A DNA stretch of 64,000 nucleotides from a virus (Duplodnaviria > Caudoviricetes). The DNA is taken from positions 32,001 to 96,000 of IMG/VR virus record IMGVR_UViG_3300028048_001169. One strand, given 5' to 3'. Under the pieces are notes generated by a model. That model worked only from the letters and a program-made list of their open reading frames with translations, was not told where the DNA came from and did no database searches. The position numbers and the translations under genes are program-made. Positions 19,676 through 27,939 of the stretch are shown in pieces; within the stretch, counting starts at the first letter, position 1; every line of letters begins with the position of its first letter.

Positions 19676-20971
19676 TTACAGTACAGAGTCCATAAGATCA
19701 TCATCTTCATCTGCATTGAGACGGTTAACGTCAGCATCAGATGCAGGGCCATCTTCAGAACCAGCTACAACATCGAGAATAGAATCATCAGCATCATCAT
19801 CCTTCTCAAGAGCTGCTACAGATGCTTCGAAATATCCAAGATAACCCTCTTCGAGCTCCTTATCGAGTTTATCCTGAGCTTTTCCTTCGTTTTCCTCACC
19901 AACTTCATTCTGATGAGCATTATTATTATTGCTCTGATCAGTCTCTGTTTCTTCAATGAAGAAAGAATCAAGATCATCGAATAGCATAGACTCTTCAAAA
20001 GAATCATCTGTTGCATCTTTGGAATCTCCAGCTACATCAAAATCCTTAACCATTCCACCATCCTGTGGCTTAGCATCAGCATCGCTACCAGAATTAAGCT
20101 GACCATCCTTAAGATCTTCTCCACCAACAGCTGAGATAATATCTTCATCAGAAGAATCATAAGCAGGCTTATTAGTAGTATCATGATTAGGACCAAGATC
20201 AGAACCGATACCCTTACCGCCACCAATCTTTCCGTTGCAGTCTTCGATACCTTTATTACACCTCTCATCATCAGACTCAAAAATACCAAGGTATCCTTCT
20301 CTACAAGAACCAGATGCACCGCATCCAGCTCCACCACACTCTGTACCTGCACCATCCTGATCTACAAGACGAGCATCAACTACGTCACGATTATCTGGAA
20401 TTTCATCATCATCTTCATCAGATGTATCAAAAGCATCAACCATATCACCACCACCAGTAGCTGGTACATCTTCTGCTTCTCCAGCACCAGGAACGTCTGC
20501 TTCTGGATCTTCTGGAATATCCTCTGCAGCAGCAATATCTTCATCAGCTTCTGCTAATAAGTAATCCAATGCTTCCTTGAAGCTTGTATGATCAGCAGCA
20601 TAACGATCTTCACCATTTACTAAGAAATCGTTAATCATTCCACCATCCTTAACAGTACCACCAGCGTTGCTACCAGAGTTAAGCTGACCACCGTTCTTTA
20701 ATGTTTCTCCACCAACAGCTGAGATAATATCTTCATCAGAAGAATCATCAGTAGGCTTATTAGCATCGTGATTAGGACCAAGATCAGAGCCGATACCCTT
20801 ACCGCCACCAATCTTTCCATTACCATCTTCAATGCTATTAAAGTCTCTTACATCTTCAGATTCTTTAAGAATAGAATCCATCATGCGATTATCATCTTCG
20901 GCACCGAATATGGCGTCGAATACATCACCATCTGCAAGATGTTTTGCAAATGTCATATCGTAATCACTCAT
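19676..20971 (-). CDS. Acidic, internally duplicated protein; probable internal head/scaffold protein
   Basis: AAGGAGG RBS, AACA-N6-TA at 21029-21040, two ~70-aa repeats, many hydrophobic-x-E/[SAG] motifs. Confidence 0.65.
   Translation of the reverse strand: MSDYDMTFAKHLADGDVFDAIFGAEDDNRMMDSILKESEDVRDFNSIEDGNGKIGGGKGIGSDLGPNHDANKPTDDSSDEDIISAVGGETLKNGGQLNSGSNAGGTVKDGGMINDFLVNGEDRYAADHTSFKEALDYLLAEADEDIAAAEDIPEDPEADVPGAGEAEDVPATGGGDMVDAFDTSDEDDDEIPDNRDVVDARLVDQDGAGTECGGAGCGASGSCREGYLGIFESDDERCNKGIEDCNGKIGGGKGIGSDLGPNHDTTNKPAYDSSDEDIISAVGGEDLKDGQLNSGSDADAKPQDGGMVKDFDVAGDSKDATDDSFEESMLFDDLDSFFIEETETDQSNNNNAHQNEVGEENEGKAQDKLDKELEEGYLGYFEASVAALEKDDDADDSILDVVAGSEDGPASDADVNRLNADEDDDLMDSVL
20039..20833 (-). 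repeat. Two ~200-bp in-frame direct repeats (about 20627-20833 and 20039-20248)
   Basis: NGKIGGGKGIGSDLGPNHD...DSSDEDIISAVGGE...GQLNSGS...DGGM occurs twice. Confidence 0.9.
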
Positions 20972-21049
20972 TCGAATAGTCCTCCTTAATTATTATATTT
21001 CTAAATATCAATAATAAACCACAATATTTATCTCTATGTTAATTTTATA

Positions 21050-22279
21050 TTAATTTAGTAGATGTTCAGTGTATTTGTCGAGAACAAATATAACCATTAT
21101 CAGGTTATAAAATAGAGATTCTTGTGGAGTTATATCAATATAATCCAAATAACTGATATCCTTTTCATTAATTTCTTCATTATGGAAGTATTTAATGATA
21201 ACGTTGAGATACATGAGATCTTTATCTTCATCCCCATATTTACGATTCTCTATAATACGATCAATAAATTCTTCAGTCATGATAGGAATGATACCTCTAG
21301 GATTGAAAGGTCCATTTGGTTCATGAATGATATCGTAGCATAATTCGAAATAGTTTTCATATCGAGTAGCAAAAATTGATGTAGGGTCATTAATTACATT
21401 CGCTTGAGCTTGATATGAATAATTGCGAAACTTTTGAATATTGTGTAATTCAAATGCTCTAAAAATAGATCGATTATAAGATACAGCAAATGTCATTGGA
21501 GTATGTGTTTGATGCTGAATATATGTATAGTCTTTTCCACTTGCTTGAAGAAGTTTATTACGTAATATAAACTCAATTGCATATGGATCGTACATATGAT
21601 ACTCATTATACCATTTATAGATAAATGTCTGCACATACTCACTGTAGAAAAGATCCTTAAAATAGTTTCTAAGGCTATCTGTTACATTATCTATTTTTTC
21701 TGCTAGCTTTACTTTACGAGATAATACAACTCTCTTAGTATTGGTTCCTGCGGTTTGTTCTACATAATCATATTCTTCTACAACGTTTAATTCAATCTCA
21801 GCATTTGTTGTACGATCCAGGATCCAGCTAATCTTCCACGCATCAGTATCAGTTTGAAGAGTTTCATTTGATACTTCTCTTACTTTAAATAACCAATTCT
21901 GACCAGCATGATCAATCATAAAGAAATCACCTTCATAAGGTGTAATTTCATTTGGTAAGATATAACTCTCACCTGTAATATCAGAAGATTCCATTCCAAA
22001 TTCACCCTGTTCCAGAGCTACTTCTAGACGTTGCATCTGATAAATATAAAGATTATGTATTTTATTGAAACGAATCGGAGAGTCTTTACCTATATCTGTA
22101 TAAGCAAATTGTCCACCTGCATCTAAGGTTGTCTTATCAATATTGACGTTATAATAAGTAACTTTTGTACCCTTAGACTGACTATTGAATAAATAGAAGT
22201 CATTATTCAATAATGTATCGGTTAGACTTGTAATTCCTTCTACGACATCTCTTCGTTCCGTAGAAATAAACTTTCCCAT
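21050..22279 (-). CDS. Probable virion structural protein
   Basis: Late-strand context, TACA-N6-TA at 22304-22315, AGGAGG RBS. Confidence 0.55.
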   Translation of the reverse strand: MGKFISTERRDVVEGITSLTDTLLNNDFYLFNSQSKGTKVTYYNVNIDKTTLDAGGQFAYTDIGKDSPIRFNKIHNLYIYQMQRLEVALEQGEFGMESSDITGESYILPNEITPYEGDFFMIDHAGQNWLFKVREVSNETLQTDTDAWKISWILDRTTNAEIELNVVEEYDYVEQTAGTNTKRVVLSRKVKLAEKIDNVTDSLRNYFKDLFYSEYVQTFIYKWYNEYHMYDPYAIEFILRNKLLQASGKDYTYIQHQTHTPMTFAVSYNRSIFRAFELHNIQKFRNYSYQAQANVINDPTSIFATRYENYFELCYDIIHEPNGPFNPRGIIPIMTEEFIDRIIENRKYGDEDKDLMYLNVIIKYFHNEEINEKDISYLDYIDITPQESLFYNLIMVIFVLDKYTEHLLN

Positions 22280-22350
22280 CTAGGATATCCTCCTTTCTTT
22301 AATTATAGTAATGTAAAAATCCCTGCAGTGTGAATGCAGGGATTCTATTA

Positions 22351-22662
22351 TTAAAATTGCTGAATCATTGTAATAACGATTGATCTATGTGAAACAGCTT
22401 CTGTTTTTACACGAAACATTTTCTCATATTTCCGTAAAACTGAAACTGATTGTAGGTTATTAGATAATGCATTTATTACATTAGGATCGTTATTTTCTAT
22501 TTTAAATGAAACTTCTGTGTTGGTTCCATTCACTATCTCTATTTTAGATTCCGAATCAATCAAATCATATAGAATCATAAATTGATCAAAGTAAACCGAT
22601 AATACATTTACAATTGGTGTCTGATTTGGATTGATACTTCGGAAAAACTCTAATCTATCCAT
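22351..22662 (-). CDS. Hypothetical protein
   Basis: AGGAGG RBS. Confidence 0.7.
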   Translation of the reverse strand: MDRLEFFRSINPNQTPIVNVLSVYFDQFMILYDLIDSESKIEIVNGTNTEVSFKIENNDPNVINALSNNLQSVSVLRKYEKMFRVKTEAVSHRSIVITMIQQF

Positions 22663-22677
22663 ATCAATCCTCCTGCA

Positions 22678-22911
22678 TTATTCTTGTCCAGAGAAAGCAG
22701 CCATTAGTGACTCGTCTTTTAATTCTTTTGCTTCTGGTCCATTGGGATCTTTTTGTGCTTTCAAATTTCGTATATAGGCAGCGTGTCTCAGCCAGTACAT
22801 ATACCGATTAGGCATATTTAATAATTCTGGCAAAGACACGATACCTCGTTTATACGTCATCGCTTCAAGCGCAACGTTTATATAGTCGCCAAAATTGAAA
22901 GCCTGCTTCGT
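22678..22911 (-). CDS. -1 frame extension of the tail assembly chaperone (gpT-like part)
   Basis: Open -1 frame from slippery T TTT TTA to 22678; no own RBS; ELLNMP motif. Confidence 0.7.
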   Translation of the reverse strand, partial: TKQAFNFGDYINVALEAMTYKRGIVSLPELLNMPNRYMYWLRHAAYIRNLKAQKDPNGPEAKELKDESLMAAFSGQE

Positions 22912-24833
22912 AAAAAAAGTAGTCCACTAGCAGTCTGATTTTCTGTATTTGCAGGAGTAACATTACCACAGTTAGGGCAAGTTGTCTCTGGGATCTGGAA
23001 TTCAAACCAGTTATTTCTCTCATTGATCTTATTAATATAAGCACCAATGATAGCGTGCTGATCAGATGTAAGTGTATTGAGTACCTTGTCATATCTCTGA
23101 ACCTTAGAACGAGCAGTTCTAGAGATATTATTAGCATAATCCTTATACTCAACAGGAACAAGCTGATGTCCAGCCTGGTCGATCCAGTAAAGAGCATCGA
23201 TATACGGAAGATATCCAATTGTCTCTTCGTAACGAGAAACAAAGGAATCGTTGAAGTAGTTTCTCTCGATCATTACAGAGTAGATAGAAGGCTCACGGAA
23301 TGATACAGCAAAGCTGTCAGAGATCGGGATAATATCTGTTGTATAATATCCATTGGATTCTACTGCATCTGAATTATAGAGATCCCAGAACTTCTTCTCA
23401 GACTCTTCATCCTTAAACTTAACCATATCCAGCATATTGATATTATCAGATAAGTATACCTTATTACACTTAGGATTGATACAATCAATAGGTAAGAAAT
23501 TGGCTTCAGAGAATGATGCAATGTAAGCTGCCATGAAGAGATTATCAAAGTCAGTAAAAGCAATTTCCTTCAACCACTTCTCAAAGCTCTCTGGCTTAGG
23601 AGATACAATATGATCATAAATAACCTTTAATGCACCTCTTGTATCTGGATTTGATCCACGATCCTCTAACAAAGTTCTTACTAACTCAAGATTAGCACCA
23701 GAGATTTCTCTCATCTGAATAACAACACCAGTATTTGGTAATACCCACTTTGCTAAAGCTGCAGGACCTGTAGCTAAGATATTATTAGAAGTTGTACCCT
23801 TCTTAGCAATTGTAAATGAATTAAGATCAAACTTCTTTGATACTGGCTGAATCTTTTCTGTAATAAGATTCTTGAGGAGTACAAGACGATCTTCCTCATC
23901 ATTCTCCGGTACTTCAACAGATGACTCATCATCTTCGTCATCATCTGGAGTATCAATTGCCATATAAGATCTGGTAATACGCCTTACAGTATCAGCTGCA
24001 GACTTTCTCTTTGGCTGCTGAGGCTTAGCCTCTTCCTTCTTTACTTCGTGGATCGGCATTGGCTTAATCTCTTCTACGATCTCTACCTCTTCTACAGCAT
24101 CTGGAATAGAGTCTTCTGTAATCTTCTCAGCATGTTCAATTTCTACGTGCTGCTCTTTTACTGGCTCCGGTACAAGTTCTACTTCATCTTCAATGATATC
24201 ATCCTCTTCTTCAGGAACTTCATCCACAAGATCATCAAGAACTTCTTCTGTTACTTCTGTAAAGTTTCTATTATCTTCCATTTTTTCTTCCTCTTTGGTT
24301 TCTTTTACTAAATTCACTGAACGATATGCCGTTGGCTGAATAATTGTTGTTTCCTTGTCAGTATACTCTTCAGTAGTTTCTTCTTCATCTTCAGTAGATA
24401 CAGGAGCTCCACTACCATCCGGATTAGCTGATTCTACAGCAGCATCATATGTCTCCATATCACGTTCATATTCTTTAAGCATTCTCTGCTTATATTCATC
24501 AAACATTCCGCCTGGTTTGAAAATCTCAGACTCAATAGATTCTTTGATATTTTCATTATAAGCATTACGATCCATATCTCCTCTCAAACCGGATGGTATA
24601 GAAGAGAAATCTGCTGCAACAGGTTTCTGTGGATGTCTAGAAATTTCATTAATCTTAGATGGTCCCTGCTGTATTGTAGCAGATGGACGATGCTGTGGCT
24701 GATCGGAAACTTTTGCTTTTGTAATATTCATTCCGCCAACGCTAATAGTAGGTTCTGTTGTTTCCTCTTCTACATCAGTTGATATACTAGGGACAAAACC
24801 TTTCTTAGTTTTAATATCATTAATATTCGGCAT
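22878..24833 (-). CDS. Tail/baseplate assembly chaperone (T4 gp26/gp51-like C-half) with long acidic N-terminal region
   Basis: CINPKC and CPNCG Zn motifs, terminal slippery heptamer, adjacent to gp25-like gene. Confidence 0.65.
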   Translation of the reverse strand: MPNINDIKTKKGFVPSISTDVEEETTEPTISVGGMNITKAKVSDQPQHRPSATIQQGPSKINEISRHPQKPVAADFSSIPSGLRGDMDRNAYNENIKESIESEIFKPGGMFDEYKQRMLKEYERDMETYDAAVESANPDGSGAPVSTEDEEETTEEYTDKETTIIQPTAYRSVNLVKETKEEEKMEDNRNFTEVTEEVLDDLVDEVPEEEDDIIEDEVELVPEPVKEQHVEIEHAEKITEDSIPDAVEEVEIVEEIKPMPIHEVKKEEAKPQQPKRKSAADTVRRITRSYMAIDTPDDDEDDESSVEVPENDEEDRLVLLKNLITEKIQPVSKKFDLNSFTIAKKGTTSNNILATGPAALAKWVLPNTGVVIQMREISGANLELVRTLLEDRGSNPDTRGALKVIYDHIVSPKPESFEKWLKEIAFTDFDNLFMAAYIASFSEANFLPIDCINPKCNKVYLSDNINMLDMVKFKDEESEKKFWDLYNSDAVESNGYYTTDIIPISDSFAVSFREPSIYSVMIERNYFNDSFVSRYEETIGYLPYIDALYWIDQAGHQLVPVEYKDYANNISRTARSKVQRYDKVLNTLTSDQHAIIGAYINKINERNNWFEFQIPETTCPNCGNVTPANTENQTASGLLFLRSRLSILATI

Positions 24834-24857
24834 TAATTATAGATTCTCCTTTCTTTT

Positions 24858-25244
24858 TTAATAGAATTGAGATGCTTTTACTGATTCTAATGTAATCGGA
24901 ATCGGAGCTTGTGATGAGTCGTACATATAGACAGTATCATTAATCTCAATCTTTATATTGCATAAATGATCATCAGTTACTTCAATTGATACTTCACTAG
25001 CAGGAAAACAAGGTAAGAATGTAGATATTTGCTCCTGTACTCTTTCCTTTAATTCATCCAATCTTCCCATCGCATAACGATAGTTCTGAATTCCTACTCC
25101 CATGTCTGGGTGTAGTGGATCTGATCCTGGTTCAAGAAGTATCAAACGCATCAGCAACATAGCTATTGCGTTTTCGTTTTCTAATACAACCGGTTCTTTA
25201 AAGGCGTTGATCGTAAAAATACGTTCTTTTTCTTTAATAGCCAT
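24858..25244 (-). CDS. Baseplate wedge protein, gp25-like
   Basis: LILLEPGSDPLHPDMGVGI motif, 128 aa. Confidence 0.75.
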   Translation of the reverse strand: MAIKEKERIFTINAFKEPVVLENENAIAMLLMRLILLEPGSDPLHPDMGVGIQNYRYAMGRLDELKERVQEQISTFLPCFPASEVSIEVTDDHLCNIKIEINDTVYMYDSSQAPIPITLESVKASQFY

Positions 25245-25330
25245 TCCTAAAACCTCCTAGAAATTATATATTAGTTTTTCTTGTAATATTTTACATAAAT
25301 GTGATAATTTGTAATAATCTGCATTTTGTG

Positions 25331-25341
25331 TCATATACTAT
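25331..25341 (+). promoter_or_regulatory. Early-type promoter variant TCATATACTAT
   Basis: One mismatch; directly upstream of the tRNA-like element. Confidence 0.6.
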
Positions 25342-25354
25342 ATCATTGTGTAAC

Positions 25355-25425
25355 CTAGATGTAGTTTAATAGGTAAAACGTTGGCCTTCGGGCCAAAGAT
25401 GCGGGTTCGAATCCTGTCATCTTTT
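25355..25425 (+). ncRNA. tRNA-like RNA/pseudo-tRNA with cUUCGg tetraloop instead of an anticodon loop
   Basis: D arm GTTT/AAAC, stem TTGGCC-TTCG-GGCCAA, T arm GCGGG-TTCGAAT-CCTGT; acceptor only 5 bp (AGATG/CATCT); no CCA. Confidence 0.75.
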
Positions 25426-25443
25426 TCATTTTTTATGTCCTCG

Positions 25444-25455
25444 AACACTTAAATA
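25444..25455 (+). promoter_or_regulatory. Late-type promoter AACA-N6-TA
   Basis: AACA-CTTAAA-TA upstream of 25476. Confidence 0.6.
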
Positions 25456-25475
25456 ATATTAAGGAGGTACCCAAT

Positions 25476-27923
25476 ATGTCAAAGAAATCTTATCTTTGTC
25501 CATATTGTAATAAGCGATTTCATCGTGATGCAATGATTGGACATATTGATCGAATGCATGAGGAGCAATTACCAAAAGGATTTACTCCATTACAAATGAC
25601 ATTCCACATTGCAAATAATCGTCCTGTTGATTATAGAAGAAAGTGTCGTGTTTGTGGAAAACCTACAGAGTGGGACGAAAATAAAGGACGTTATAATTTT
25701 TTGTGTTCAAATCCAAGATGTAAAGATCTTTGGGTTAAAAATATGAAGAATAATATGGGTGATAAGTTTGGAGCTTATCGTCCAACTGCTACTCCAGAAG
25801 GATTAAAGAAAATGTTGGCTAGTCGGAAAATATCTGGCAAGTATAAATGGTCAGATGGCGTTATTTTTGACTATACTGGTTCTTATGAATTGGCTACATT
25901 AAAATTCTTTGATAAGGTATTAAACGTTAAGTCAGAAGATATCGAATGTCCTGGACCTGTTATTAATTATAACTTCAAAGGACAGAATCATCTTTATATT
26001 ACAGATTTATATTATAGACCATATAATTTAGTCATTGAAGTAAAAGATGGTGGAGATAATCCTAGAGGTGGTGCAAATATTGCTTTGACTAGAGAAAAGC
26101 AGATGGCAAAGGAGCAGCATATTATTAAGAATACTGACTTTAATTATCTGAGATTAACAGATAAAGATTTTTCTCAAGTATTATCAGTATTTGCTGATCT
26201 AAAGCTCCATCTTGTAGAGAATGATAAATCCAGAACAATTCACGTTAATGAAAACAGTGCAATTGCTGGTATTACACCTATGGTAGGATTTCGATCAGGA
26301 GATGCAGTTATTGTAAACTATTTAAAGCATAATACCTTTGTAGATGAAAAAGATTATGCTATTTGTGATTCTCCTAAGTTTGATACTGTATTTGCTCGTA
26401 ATGAGAATGGTATATTGGAGCAGTTTGATGCTACATTCTTTGAGAATTGTGACTATACTCCATATATTATCCGTAATGGTAAGTATATTTGTGAAGATGC
26501 TTTATCAGAGAATCTGAATAAAAAGATTCCAGAGAAGTTTTTATATGAGGTGATGTTTGGACATCCTTGTCTTACAGATGATCAGATTATGTTTGAATCA
26601 TCTGCTGAAGAGTATAAGGATTTCTACCAAGAGATTTCTGATATAGAGCATCAGATTGATTCGTATATTGGCTATTACCCTGAACCGATAAAAGAAGGTT
26701 TTCTTTTTTCTGAAAAAGATTTAGCATATAACTATGATGAATTTAGAAAAGGAAAAGTTAATATCTTATTTATTACAGGTCATTCTGGAGCAGGTAAATC
26801 TACAATAGCAAGGAGATTATCCGATGTTGCTAAGGCTGATTATGTAGATCTTGATGATATTATTAGTCCTGAACTGTTTTCTGATGAAGGGTTAAAGGAT
26901 TATGGTCAAGTTGTATACGACTTCTTTACTAAAGATAAGACTGGTATTAAATATCGTTATGGTAATTTAGATAGTATCAAATCTGGTTCAGAGCAATATG
27001 ATTACTTATTAGATTTAGCTAGTGCTTTTATACGATTTGCTATTAAATCTGGTAAGAGATTAATCATTGAAGGTATTGAATTATTTGTCTTATTAGATGC
27101 TAGTAAATTAACCTATGATGAGTTATTGAACTACGGTGTTATTGTTATGGGTACTAGTGGTATAAAGTCTTCAAAACGAGCAGTTGATCGAGACAATCAA
27201 TCCATCAAAGTATCCATTAAAACCAGATTAGCTCAGATAATAAAGCGTATACATTTTGCAATACAAGCAGAATTTAGCCTTAAGAAATTAAGAAAGGTAT
27301 TATCAGAAGAAACTTTTATGGATTTCGATAAAGAATTTTTAACAGAGAAAGCCGTTGCTGGGTATGACTATACAGAGGCAATTAAACGTCGTTGGGGCAT
27401 TTATGCAGACGACGAATCTTATAATTGCTGTGTACTGGTAAAAGGGTATCAGAAACCAATGCGTGGTAGAAGCTCTTTAATTGTATTGAAAGAAAAGAAC
27501 GGTAAGTATTATGTATACTTACGTCATAATACAATTGATCATGAATATAATGCACCGGGTGGTGGATGGAATCTTAATGAAGATCCAAAGGATGCTGCTA
27601 TTAGAGAAACTCAAGAAGAGGCTCATATTAATACAAAAGAAGTAATGCATTGTGGATGTCGCATTGAGTATTATGATAAAGTTCACGATTGGGTAAAGAC
27701 TCATGTAAAGAAGAAAGATTGGTGGTATGGTTACTATACAGAAATCTATGTAGGTATGTATGATGGTAAGTATACTGGTGAAGTAGATGCTCGAGATAGA
27801 GATCCGATTGAGCTTACTGCTAAATTCTACCAAGTTGATCAATTGGATTTAAATGATTTATATCCTGAGTATAAAGCAGCAATTGATCAGTATATTAAAT
27901 ACCATACAGCACATCTGATCTAA
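25476..27923 (+). CDS. Multidomain protein: Zn fingers + PD-(D/E)xK nuclease-like + P-loop kinase + Nudix hydrolase
   Basis: CPYC..H...H, CRVC..C, YITD...IEVKDG, GHSGAGKS, Nudix box GGWNLNEDPKDAAIRETQEEA. Confidence 0.75.
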   Translation: MSKKSYLCPYCNKRFHRDAMIGHIDRMHEEQLPKGFTPLQMTFHIANNRPVDYRRKCRVCGKPTEWDENKGRYNFLCSNPRCKDLWVKNMKNNMGDKFGAYRPTATPEGLKKMLASRKISGKYKWSDGVIFDYTGSYELATLKFFDKVLNVKSEDIECPGPVINYNFKGQNHLYITDLYYRPYNLVIEVKDGGDNPRGGANIALTREKQMAKEQHIIKNTDFNYLRLTDKDFSQVLSVFADLKLHLVENDKSRTIHVNENSAIAGITPMVGFRSGDAVIVNYLKHNTFVDEKDYAICDSPKFDTVFARNENGILEQFDATFFENCDYTPYIIRNGKYICEDALSENLNKKIPEKFLYEVMFGHPCLTDDQIMFESSAEEYKDFYQEISDIEHQIDSYIGYYPEPIKEGFLFSEKDLAYNYDEFRKGKVNILFITGHSGAGKSTIARRLSDVAKADYVDLDDIISPELFSDEGLKDYGQVVYDFFTKDKTGIKYRYGNLDSIKSGSEQYDYLLDLASAFIRFAIKSGKRLIIEGIELFVLLDASKLTYDELLNYGVIVMGTSGIKSSKRAVDRDNQSIKVSIKTRLAQIIKRIHFAIQAEFSLKKLRKVLSEETFMDFDKEFLTEKAVAGYDYTEAIKRRWGIYADDESYNCCVLVKGYQKPMRGRSSLIVLKEKNGKYYVYLRHNTIDHEYNAPGGGWNLNEDPKDAAIRETQEEAHINTKEVMHCGCRIEYYDKVHDWVKTHVKKKDWWYGYYTEIYVGMYDGKYTGEVDARDRDPIELTAKFYQVDQLDLNDLYPEYKAAIDQYIKYHTAHLI

Positions 27924-27939
27924 AGAGAGGAGACGTTTA

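Noticed and set aside
22865-23242. 125-aa overlapping ORF as the frameshift product
   Set aside because: It ends at 22865; the -1 frame that continues to 22678 is the other frame
25355-25425. Functional tRNA-Arg(TCG) or tRNA-Pro(CGG)
   Set aside because: Anticodon loop is one nt short and the acceptor stem has only 5 bp
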